From Octopus sinensis (taxonomy: Eukaryota), in the NCBI RefSeq assembly GCF_006345805.1, contig NW_021824052.1, forward strand, positions 1 through 19,879: a stretch of DNA of 19,879 nt. Direction: 5' to 3'. Below are positions 10,161 through 19,879 of this stretch, piece by piece; position 1 is the stretch's first letter, and the number at the start of each line of letters is the position of its first letter. The notes beneath the pieces are model-generated. The model searched no databases. It was not told the origin of the DNA and worked only from the letters and a program-made list of their open reading frames with translations. A program made the translations under genes and the position numbers.

Positions 10161-10424
10161 GTTATTTACATTCGACGGGTATTTGTCCTCGTCTTGTTTG
10201 TTGTTAACACAACGTTTCGGCTCATATACCCTCCAGCCTTCTTCAAGTATCTTGGGGAAATTTCGAACCTGGGTTCTCATTTCTAAGGTATTCCAAGACA
10301 CCTGAAGAAGGCTGGCGGGTATATCAGCCGAAACGTTGTGTTAACAACAAACAAGAGGAGGACAAATATCCGTCGAATGTAAATAATGTACATAATTTCT
10401 CATTTCTTAAATATTGAACTGTAC
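10161..10424. mobile_element. Penelope-like fold-back remnant: two inverted 94-bp terminal-repeat arms carrying hammerhead-like motifs
   Basis: Arms 10162-10255 and 10293-10386 are near-perfect inverted repeats. Possible 14-bp TSD gttcagaacttttc (10147-10160) / gtccagaactgttc (10425-10438). A third partial copy lies at 19037-19106. Confidence 0.7.
10297..10342 (+). ncRNA. Minimal (dimer-type) hammerhead ribozyme candidate
   Basis: GACAC-CUGAAGA-A-GGCUG-gcggguauau-CAGCC-GAAA-CG-UU-GUGUU. Stem I GACAC/GUGUU, 5-bp stem II, and palindromic AACGUU in place of stem III. Confidence 0.6.
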
Positions 10425-11321
10425 GTCCAGAACTGTTCAGTTCCGTACATTTGTTCATCTGTATCATGTATCTTGCACCTCATCGTCTGGCTTTGTGTTT
10501 CTTGTTTTGCAGATATTTATATTTAAATAAGTTTGATGTTGTTATTACACTGTGCCTAGGTGTGATACAGTCGGCATATAATCACAAATACTTCAGAAGG
10601 GATTTTCTTTTAAAACGATATTTAATATAACTTTCTCATTTCAAGAAAGTGGAGTATTATGTAAGGTAAACTTAACTGAAATTTCTAACAGATGGAAGAC
10701 TTAGTGTATAACAGCGATTCTTAAGGCTTCTTCTGTTATTTATCTGCTAGGTTTGATGTATTTCGGAATCTACACCCTTACACTCAAACAAAACCGGATG
10801 AAGCATTAATCAATTCGAGTTTGATTAATGTATCATCCGGATTTGTCGAACGGACGAGAACCGCGAAGAGACTTTTAACTTGTATAAGGAAGTATACATA
10901 CTACATATATGTGTGTTATTTCCTCATTGGAAATTTCCCTGATATATACTGGGCATATTCCACTCCTCCCTCTCCCACTCACATAAGCATACTACATATA
11001 TAAACACATACATACGCGCTTGGATGCATACGTATATGCATGCATACATACATGCATGCATACATACATGCATATATACACACGTACATGCATAAAGCAA
11101 AACGTGCACATCTGCATACATACATACATATGTAAATACATACAAACAAACAAAAATACCTTGTTACCTTGTTGTTGATGTTGAAATTCCAATAAAGGAG
11201 CCTTTTTATCTAGGTTAGAAACCAGCTCTTTCTCTATTAGCAAGAAATCTTGAAATAAAAGTGAACAATGATACATACACATATACGCACACGCACACAC
11301 AGACACACACACATATGCACT

Positions 11322-12390
11322 CTAGTTGAGGTACCCAGTAATACCTGGGAGCGGGGATATTCCCAGTACCCGTTACAATGCCTAATTCCCCTCAGACTAA
11401 AAATGAAATCACGTCATAGTACAAATAATAGAAAATTCATTCACGAAACAATAACACAAATAAATACGTGTGGAATCGGAAAATGACAATCGTTTGGTTA
11501 GATGAGAGGAAAGCTGCAAATATATGATTAATGGAAACATCAAGAAGGGAATTGTGAACGAGTGCTACGAAGAAAAAAAAAAGAACATAAAAGTTTGAAA
11601 AGTAAACAACAAATTATTTAGAGAAGAGGCACTTAATTTGACAACTGTGCTTCATGAGTATAGTTCCACTGATCGTGAGAATCAAATGTCGATTGCAACG
11701 GTCAGAACCGACAATTTTAAGTGCAGGTGTTAAGAAAATACATGAGAATGCTGAAATAATTGCTAAGCATTTTAACACCACAAAAATTTATGCCAAATTA
11801 CGTTGATAAGATAATCAAAAATCATCTTACGTTTTATTTGAGTAATCTAGGTAAAAATTTATTTGTCTAAACCCATCCTTAACGTGTATTCCATCTGTGT
11901 ATAAAATTTCAAGAAAATCGGTTGAAAACTTAAAAGTTTTGCCAGAAAATAACATTCATATGAAAATTTGCATTGAAATGTCCTATTGATTTTTGAAAAT
12001 CGATGCTGATTAATAATTACCGATTTTTTTGAAATTCCAAGTGCGTAATATGTATATATATATATGCGTATATATATATATATATATATAATATTATATA
12101 TATATATATAGTGCTCCAGTATAGTCGCAATCAAATGAGTGAAACAATTAAAAGAATATATATGTATACACATACATATATATATATGTATGTATATATG
12201 TATATATATATATATGTGTGTGTGTGTGTGGTGTGGTGTGCACATGTATGTATACACACATACACATCGTGTCAAGTTTCATCGAGATCGGTTGGATAGT
12301 TTCGGGGGGGGGGGTTAAAGAAACAAATTGAAAAACACACACGCACACACTACGGTGGAAAAAAAGTCCTGACATTCTTAAATAAGTTGA
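11322..12390 (-). mobile_element. Non-autonomous Helitron-like element (interrupted at 12048-12267)
   Basis: Minus-strand 3' end CCCAG-gtatta-CTGGG-tacctcaa-CTAG (11349-11322) resembles the end at 1012-1040. The 5' end TCaacttatttaagaatg-(GT)n-ccaaccgatctcgatgaaactt has the same layout as the element at 16566. Flanking bases do not fit the A^T rule. Confidence 0.55.
12048..12267 (+). repeat. Left arm of a local inverted duplication (partner 13381-13610)
   Basis: The non-repetitive core gtgctccagtatagtcgcaatcaaatgagtgaaacaattaaaagaat and the flanking microsatellite interruptions are identical in reverse complement. Confidence 0.9.
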
Positions 12391-12544
12391 AGCACACATG
12401 AGAATATCCCCTGTCTTGAAAGACTGATATAAGATCCTGAACATTCTATAAGAGTTAAGGTTCATGTTGTAACTTAATGCAAATCTGTACTCCAAAAGCA
12501 TTCATAAGTTAAGAGGGAGTACACTGAGAAGTTAAACCTTGTTT

Positions 12545-12603
12545 AAATAAAGCGCCTTCCTCAAGGACACAACGCATCGCCGGGAACCGAACTCACGACC
12601 TTA
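12545..12603 (-). mobile_element. SINE family C head fragment
   Basis: Reverse complement taaggtcgtgagttcggttcccggcgatgcgttgtgtccttgagg..gctttatt aligns with 8713-8770. Confidence 0.65.
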
Positions 12604-12960
12604 TTAGTCCTCGACCGCCGCCTTAGCCGCGTGGTTACACACGGACACACAGACACTCGCGGTCGATATCGCGACGACGCCCTTTCGATTGCACCGCGTC
12701 GCCTGTTGCCAGCGGCGGGCCGCAGCCACCTCTTTGCTCGCTCCGAACGCTGCTGCTAATCGCTTGCACGTTTCGTCCAACGTCTTCACTTCGGAGCACT
12801 GGGCAGAGATCGCATCGCGTTCGTCCGGCACACGCACTCGTGCTCGATCCCGCTGATGACGGCGACGGCGACCTTATTACCCGAAGACCCTGACCACTAG
12901 GCCACGTGCCTTCACTCAAAAGTGAAGTAATGATTGGACCCCGCATCACGGATATCATTT
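12604..12960 (-). pseudogene. Possible decayed Ty3/gypsy gag N-terminus
   Basis: GC/CpG-rich island in AT-rich DNA. Frameshifted pieces EG(D)VA*W..NKVAVAVISGI and DAI...LDETCKRLAAAFG...ARRWQ resemble invertebrate gypsy gag as recalled (GDVxxWLxKVxLVA...RLxxAF...RW). It lies just downstream of an LTR-like segment. Confidence 0.4.
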
Positions 12961-12996
12961 TAATAGAACAGGTGAGCTGTTTCTCTCCCTCACCGT

Positions 12997-13329
12997 TGTT
13001 GAAAGACTGAAAAGTGGGATTTAGTTGGGGAATTACACAAAATTCCACCGACAAATGCTCAGAATCTATACGAGTCAATTCCTCGCACAAGTTGTGATTG
13101 CAACTAAATCCGTGTTGAATTATAAACCTCCCATTAAACAAGAAGTTTCTATTATTTGGTCCAATCCGCACGAGCGCACGCGTGCACGCGCAAGAACCAC
13201 GAGGAAATACGAGAAGAAACGAGACGCAAAAACTGGAAGGGTGAATAAAAACGTAGTGTACGCTGATGGATGTGTTTCTCTCACTGGACTGTTTTTGATT
13301 ATCTTACCTTAACGGAACAGTAAACAACA
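12997..13329 (-). mobile_element. Probable LTR (333 bp)
   Basis: Termini are TGTTG (12997-13001) and CAACA (13325-13329), with extended imperfect inverted ends tgttgaaagactg / cagtaaacaaca. On the minus strand it is followed by a PBS-like a-cggtgagggag and the gag-like relic. Confidence 0.45.
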
Positions 13330-13380
13330 CACACATACACAAACGAGTATATATATGTATGTATATTTATATGCATATGT

Positions 13381-13532
13381 ATGTGTATGTGTGTATACAT
13401 ACATGTGCACACACACACACACACACACACATATCATATATATATACTATATACATACATATATATTATATGTGTATACATATATATTCTTTTAATTGTT
13501 TCACTCATTTGATTGCGACTATACTGGAGCAC

Positions 13533-13590
<58 letters not shown>

Positions 13591-13610
13591 GCATATATAT
13601 ATATACATAT
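13381..13610 (-). repeat. Right arm of a local inverted duplication (partner 12048-12267)
   Basis: Matches the partner arm; only the microsatellite unit counts differ. Confidence 0.9.
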
Positions 13611-13885
13611 AATATATATAGATATATATATATATATATATATATACGATATATAGATATAGACATACATAGACACACAGACAGAAGACAGACACACAAC
13701 ACACGCACACGCACACACACACACACACACCACGCGCACACACCACCACACCCACACACACACAACACACACACACACAGATTCCGATGGGTAATGTGAG
13801 TAATCTACACAAGATATTTTCTTTGATGTCAATTTTACCATTTAGTTGGAAAGAGAAAAATAAAAGATTCTAGCGACAATAGTAA

Positions 13886-13897
13886 AGAGAGAGAGAC

Positions 13898-13958
<61 letters not shown>

Positions 13959-13980
13959 AGAGAGAGGGGAGAGGGAGAGG
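13886..13980. repeat. (GA)n microsatellite
   Basis: Direct observation. Confidence 0.95.
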
Positions 13981-14191
13981 GTGGAAGAGTCTGATAATTT
14001 AAATTCTGCAATGAATTTATCAGCTTCGCAATTTACATAATAAATATTCCACTCTATTACATATTCATATATACGGGAGAACCAGTGTCATTTAGTTCGT
14101 GATTACGCCGACTATCTTGTAAATACACACGCAAACACATTATATGCATGAACGGGTTTATATACGTATATATATGTGATGGCACAGCACA

Positions 14192-14397
14192 GGCAAAGTC
14201 ATGGCTGGGCGGTTAAGAAGCTAGCTTTGCAACCACGCCGTTTCGGGTTCAGTCCCACAGTGCAGGACCTTGGACAAGTGACTTCTGGTAAAGCTTCTGG
14301 CAAACTAATACAATGGGAAAAAATTTGGTGGACGGTAACTGTGAGAAGCCCGTCCTATATACATACATCATACATACATACATTACATATATATATA

Positions 14398-14452
<55 letters not shown>

Positions 14453-14468
14453 TTTATATATATTAAAT

Positions 14469-14499
<31 letters not shown>

Positions 14500-14860
14500 T
14501 ATATACATATCATATACATGTGTGTGTATATATATACCTACATACATAATACACACCCCACACACACACACACACAACACAACACACACACATATAATAA
14601 TATTATATATACGTACGCACACACACAAATGTGTGTTGTATGTTGGGTTTTTGTGTTTGCGATTGTACCCACCAGCTTGACAACCGGTGGTGGTTTGTTT
14701 ACTTTGTCGTAATATTACGTTTCGGTAAATGGCCACATGAGAATAAGTACTGGTCATAAATAATTACTGGACTAAAATTGTTTGAGTAAAAGCTCTTCAA
14801 ACTGGTGCTCCAGCGTGGCCGCAGCCCAATGGGTGAAAGAGATGAAGATAAAACATAACA
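14192..14860 (+). mobile_element. SINE family A, old full-length copy with an expanded internal microsatellite
   Basis: Head tggctgggcggttaagaag...gggttcagtcccac..ccttggacaagtg, ~280-bp TA/CA tract at 14356-14630, and tail cttgacaaccggtgg...gaataagtact...ggtgctccagcgtggccgcag. Confidence 0.8.
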
Positions 14861-14904
14861 GATATGCATATACACACATATACATATATATACTCACTCA
14901 CACA

Positions 14905-14952
14905 CGTCTGTCTGTCTGTTCATGTATTTATACATCTCCTTATACTCGTATC

Positions 14953-15034
<82 letters not shown>

Positions 15035-15326
15035 AGAATGTCTGATGTCTGCTCAACAGTATGCCTGCCTGTCTGCCTGACTGCCTGTCTATGCGTTCGG
15101 CTGTCTGCCTGTCCGTCTGCCTGTCTCTCTCATCTCTCTCTGTTTGCCTGTCGGCCTGTCTGTCTGTCTGTCTAATAATCTATCTATCCATTCATCTATT
15201 TACGCAACCCCTAATCCTCGTCTCTCTCTCTATCTCTCTCTCCCTCTCTATCTATCTATGTATACGTCCGCCTGTCTATCCGTCCGCCTGTCTTCTCTTT
15301 CTCCATTTGTTTGCCTGTCTGCCTGT
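14905..15326. repeat. (TCTG)n/(TCTA)n compound and degenerate tract
   Basis: Direct observation. Confidence 0.9.
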
Positions 15327-15514
15327 ACAATTGTGAAAAATTCACATCCATATTAAGCAAAAGCTTTATTCTGTAATCAAGGGAGAGTATTATACAAATG
15401 TATCTCACGAGAGTTATTTCCCCTGAAAATATTTTAGTGCACTACGGTCATTATAAATTAAAGCTTTCATATTCATGACCATTTCAAGAAGCGTCATTTG
15501 CCCACATCCTCCAT

Positions 15515-15543
15515 ACTGCTACTGCTGCTGCTACTACTACTAC

Positions 15544-15577
<34 letters not shown>

Positions 15578-15607
15578 ACTACTACTACTACTACTACTCC
15601 TCCTCCT
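15515..15607. repeat. (CTG)n/(CTA)n trinucleotide tract
   Basis: Direct observation. Confidence 0.95.
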
Positions 15608-15742
15608 TTAGAAATCATTAATGCCCAGAAATCCCACTGAGTTTGTATTTGCTGTTAGGCCGTTGTATAACGCTAAGTCATTCTGGATTGAAAAGTGCAA
15701 CGGAAATGCCTTTCAGCTCGTGACTATGTCTTATTGCCATCA

Positions 15743-15905
15743 TTTATCATTTATTTGTTTCAATCATTTGACTGTGGCCATACAGGGGCACCGCTTTGAA
15801 TGGTTTTAGGCGAAAAGATCGGGTACTTACCCTCTCATTTTCTTTATGCTAACAGTTGAGTTAGGTGAACCTAAAGAAACCAATAGCAGTTCTCAAGATG
15901 TGAAC
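15743..15905 (-). mobile_element. SINE family A-related, highly diverged 3' half
   Basis: ttgtttcaatcatttgactgtggccatacaggggcaccgc aligns with 16357-16397. Confidence 0.65.
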
Positions 15906-15975
15906 ACACACATACACCACACCATACACCACACATATACACACACAGACATAAACACGTAGACACACAAACACA

Positions 15976-16021
15976 GATCAGATCAACTGGAACCCTCGTC
16001 GTTGCAACCGACGGAATGCCA
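15976..16021 (+). mobile_element. Isolated family C (LINE-like) 3' tail
   Basis: gatcagatcaactggaaccctcgtcgttgcaaccgacggaatgcca aligns with 8951-8996. Confidence 0.65.
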
Positions 16022-16029
16022 TGATTTAC

Positions 16030-16216
16030 CTATGGACTCCATTTTGGTTTATATTTTACTCCTGTGGACCTTCATCGCCTTTCGATGCTTAAAGAAGTCT
16101 ATTATATTTTTATAATTAAATATTATTAGGAATTTTATTAAAAAATTGTTCAATTTATTTCGCATGAATTTTATCAACAAAATCTTATACGGACTCTCGG
16201 TGGTTGAAAATCACTG
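16030..16216. mobile_element. Possible hAT/Charlie-type MITE fragment
   Basis: Ends in ggttgaaaatcactg (reverse complement CAGTGATTTTCAACC), a Charlie-like TIR. The partner TIR is not seen. Confidence 0.3.
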
Positions 16217-16340
16217 TCTAAGGGCACCAGCTTTCTCTGCTATCTCCCAACCTCGTGCATGCAAAGTTACCCATTTACGTTTTCTGTGCTGATTGCCCAA
16301 GGAAACGACTTATGTCACCATGTTACAATAAATTCATTAA

Positions 16341-16565
16341 TCTTTTACTCTTTTACTTGTTTCAGTCATTTGAATGTGGCCATGCTGGAGCACCGCCTTT
16401 AGTCAAGCAAATCGACCCCAGAACTTATTCTTTGTAAGCCTAGGACTTATTCGATCGGTCTATTTTGCCGAACCGCTAAGTTACGGGGACGTAAGCACAC
16501 CAGCATCGGTTGTCAAGCGATGTTGGGAGGACAAACACAGACACACAAACATATACACACACATA
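16341..16565 (-). mobile_element. SINE family A, 3' half (split by a Helitron)
   Basis: Closely matches 17977-18185. Confidence 0.9.
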
Positions 16566-17125
16566 TCTATTATATAAAATCATTCTGAATATCTGTGTGT
16601 GTGTGTGTCTTCTAGGATCTCGGGCATCCTCCATCCGATTGCGCTCAAATTTAATATATAGATACCGACGGTATCAGGACGTGTATAAGTCTTGAAAAAA
16701 TTACAAAAATCGATTCCAGGTGAGAATGCGATCGATAAAGCTGTTTTTGTCCTGCTTTTCTTCCGTCACCTGTACATAACTGCACCTTCCATTTTTTGTT
16801 TGTTTTTGCTGCTTAAAGGCACGTTTCTTTCCTGCCAAGCTTACTGTTTAAACCATGTTTGTGTTTTTCCAGTCAACAGCCTTATCATTACTGGTACTTT
16901 AAACTCTTCGGTTGCATATTTGTGTGAATAAAGTCGTTTTCTTTGGAATAGAAAACAATCTATCTTTATTTCTTCTTTGGCTGGTGTCTCAAATTTAGGT
17001 TAAATCAGTGTTTCTCAAAGGGGGTGGGGCTATGGGACGGTCGGACAAGTTGTTTTGAGAAAATTTAGTTTAAATGTTTGACAACTCAGCACCGTCCATT
17101 GGACGGGCGATGGGCGTTTTGCTCG
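16566..17125 (+). mobile_element. Complete non-autonomous Helitron (560 bp)
   Basis: 5' end A|TCtattatataaaa, (TG)n, ccatccgattgcgctcaaattt motif, subterminal GC hairpin at 17092-17116, and 3' end CTCG|T (a CTRR variant). There is no TSD, and removing it rejoins the two SINE A halves. Confidence 0.75.
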
Positions 17126-17304
17126 TACATATATATATTTACGACGAGCTTCTTTTAGTTTCCGTTTACCAAATCCACTCACAAGGCATTGGTCGGCCCG
17201 AGGCTATTGTAGAAGACACTTGCCCAAGGTACCACGCAGTGGGACTGAACCTGGAACCATGTAGTTGGTAAGCGAGCTACTTACCACACAGCCACTCCTA
17301 CGCC
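17126..17304 (-). mobile_element. SINE family A, 5' half (split by a Helitron)
   Basis: Reverse complement matches 4500-4670. Confidence 0.9.
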
Positions 17305-17505
17305 TAATATGTTTTTTATTAAGAATCTGACTTTCAATGTCTCTTATTTTGCGAACTTGTTCGAGTGACAAAACCAGGCAAAGCCAGTTGAGCCACAAAT
17401 CTCTTATTTGTTTTGTGAGGTATTAGTTTGATCTACGGAAGACGCTGATTTTCATCTCACCGTCTTTTTCGTCTTCGCCATCATTGCTGTTCTGAGGGGT
17501 GACAC

Positions 17506-18223
17506 TAGTGGCGGTTCGTGTATAGGAACTGCGAAACTGCAGCACCCCCTATTTACACTCTATATTATCGATAACGTTCAATGTAAAGAGTCCTTTTTTC
17601 GTTAATTCTTTCTTTATAATTGTACATTATATAATCTTTAAGCTTAATGCCAGTAGCCATCCACTAGTTTATGAACAAAATACAAAAATCCTTGTATATA
17701 ACTGTGCACTTCACTGTTCCAGAGAAACAGTGTTTGGCTGTTGTGCGCTTGATCACATGTCCGAGATAGGAAGCTTCAGACTAGGGAGAGAGAACACTGC
17801 ATGAACTACAGTGCAGGGTGAAAGGCAGTGTTTCTTTTTGACACCGCGCGCGTTGTGCATAAAACGTCTTTATATTGTTGAATCTGACTGTGTAGAATAA
17901 GATTAGTATCCTGCTTCCAGCTTCAGTATAGCTGACAGGATTTGAAAAATAGGGCACTCCCCATTTCGTGATATACTCTTTTACTCTTTTACTTGTTTCA
18001 GTCATTTGACTGCAGCCATGCTGGAGCACCGCCTTTAGTCGAGCAAATCGACCCCGGGACTTATTCTTTGTAAGCCCAGTACTTATTCTATCGGTCTCTT
18101 TGGCCGACCCGCCAAGTAACGGGCACGTAAACACACCAGCATCGGTTGTCAAGCAATGCTAGGGGGACAAACACAGACACACATACATACATACATACAT
18201 ACATACATACATACTATATATAT

Positions 18224-18279
<56 letters not shown>

Positions 18280-18643
18280 GACGGGCTTCTTTCAGTTTCC
18301 GTCTACCAAATCCACTCACAAGGCATTAGTCGGCCCGGGGCTATAGCAGAAGACACTTGCCCAAGATGCCCCGCAGTGGGACTGAACCCGGAACCATGTG
18401 GTTGGTTAGCAAGCTACTTACCACACTGCCAGTGGCGACTTTTTTTTAAAAAAAGGGGAATTCGCGGCGAGGTTCAATGAAAACATTAAACCTACTACCC
18501 AGCAGTTGCTAAGATGCGAACCGATCAGGTTTATGTATAAATTTTCTTTTTTATAGGTTTGTTTCCTTTTACACGATATTAAAACAATGGCAAAAATTTT
18601 CTGAAGCAGCACCCCAACTAATTTTATCTACGAGCCGCCACTG
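17506..18643. mobile_element. hAT-type non-autonomous DNA transposon containing a nested SINE A
   Basis: 14-bp TIRs TAGTGGCGGTTCGT / ACGAGCCGCCACTG (2 mismatches). Perfect 8-bp TSD GGTGACAC at 17498-17505 and 18644-18651. Subterminal GCAGCACCCC near both ends. Confidence 0.85.
17976..18431 (-). mobile_element. SINE family A, near full length, low divergence
   Basis: Reverse complement is highly similar to 4509-4918, including the internal microsatellite. Confidence 0.9.
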
Positions 18644-19036
18644 GGTGACACCATTGTTATTTTGAGGCGAGACAAAATATTTCAGGGGAAATAACTGTCG
18701 TGTAATACATTTGCATAATACTTTTACAGAGACTACATTTGTTTCCTGTCACGCCGTACGAATCGTTTAGAAATTCCTTCCGTCACCATTACTTCCGTCG
18801 ATACAAGACAATTGAGTGTTGCTGCATTTTCTAATTCTTCTTCGGTTTCCTAATCAGCTTTAGTCTTGAGAACAGAAGCATTTTCTTGGACTTGTCCGTG
18901 ATTTTGCTGTTAACTTTCTTTTATCTCCGCTGTTAATCAGGCCAGGATGCCCTTAAATGTCTTTTGCTATCATGCATGTAGCAAATGAACTTCTTGCTTT
19001 GAGCTTCCAGTCTCATTGCCTTTACTGGTAACAACT

Positions 19037-19106
19037 CCGAAACGCTGTGTTAATCAACAAACAAGATGAGGACAAATGCCCGTCAATTGTAAATAATGTC
19101 AATAAT
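19037..19106 (+). mobile_element. Fragment of the Penelope-like repeat seen at 10328-10397
   Basis: ccgaaacgctgtgttaatcaacaaacaagatgaggacaaatgcccgtcaattgtaaataatgt aligns with the right arm. Confidence 0.8.
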
Positions 19107-19173
19107 GAAACATATTGTTGAATTTTTCTTTTTCATCTTTTAATAACATAGTCAGGAACTAGTGTTTCTTGGG

Positions 19174-19355
<182 letters not shown>

Positions 19356-19848
19356 CTTATATTGCGAAGATTACGATAGTGGCATTATATATGGCAATCA
19401 TATTATATCCATTATAAATAATTATACTGAGTGAAACGGCTTCGACAAGCAATGTATTCAAGCATTTAAAATATCGAAAAGAAAAGACCCTTCTTTTAAG
19501 GATACTTAAAAATCTGAAAACATCAGGCAATTGCAATAACTCTAATACAATCAATCAGGCGACGTTTTCGAGAGTATAGCCATTGCTGATACGAGGGCAT
19601 AGGATCTCTAGAGCCAAGAGGTAAAAGCTATGGACATGTTTCGGTTTTATTTCGGCTTCTCAGTGAAGCATGTATTACTGTAGCAGCCCAAAATACACCC
19701 GAGATGATATATCAATATCCCTCTTTATCTAATCTAACTTGGACTTATCTTTCGTTCTTTAATGAAAAGAAATCTTATACAATAGACATCGATGTCTTTA
19801 TCTAACAGCTACTAGCAAAACAAATATGTTTATTAATAACTGATGTGC

Positions 19849-19849
<1 letters not shown>

Positions 19850-19879
<30 letters not shown>
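19850..19879. repeat. (TCTA)n microsatellite running off the window
   Basis: Direct observation. Confidence 0.9.

Noticed and set aside
11150-11270. Possible PLE-type end (agcc...ggtt-AGAAACC then AATAAA)
   Set aside because: There is no CUGANGA box, so it is too degenerate to call.
12635-13171. 178-aa ORF on the minus strand as a host gene
   Set aside because: It crosses the putative LTR/internal boundary and has no recognisable domain, and the gag-like pieces are spread over several frames.
18430-18643. Small TIR element CAGTGGCG...CGCCACTG
   Set aside because: No TSD supports this pairing. The right TIR pairs with 17506, where a perfect 8-bp TSD exists.
19630-19668. Minus-strand CTGAGA...CCGAAACATGTC hammerhead-like motif
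   Set aside because: The core is one base short and stems I and II do not pair. At most a very decayed remnant.

Overview
AT-rich, repeat-saturated eukaryotic non-coding DNA. It is most likely cephalopod (Octopus-like), inferred from the SINE families and the extreme (TA)/(CA) microsatellite load. No intact protein-coding gene is supported, and nearly all listed ORFs are microsatellite or SINE read-through. The window is a nested mosaic of transposable elements. It holds three Helitron-type elements (one with a decayed Rep/Hel N-terminal zinc-finger region), at least four tRNA-derived SINE families (labelled A-D here), a decayed RTE-clade LINE 3' end, an hAT-type MITE with a perfect 8-bp TSD, and a probable LTR plus gag relic. 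The most interesting signal is RNA structure. Several small Penelope-like terminal-repeat remnants carry hammerhead-ribozyme motifs: a near-canonical type I hammerhead between TATAAA and AATAAA (3762-3810, minus strand), and a 264-bp fold-back element with two inverted minimal hammerheads (10161-10424). Also present are a pseudoknot-like SINE tail, a pre-miRNA-like hairpin and a local templated inverted duplication. All family names come from recognising motifs by eye and were not checked against a database.
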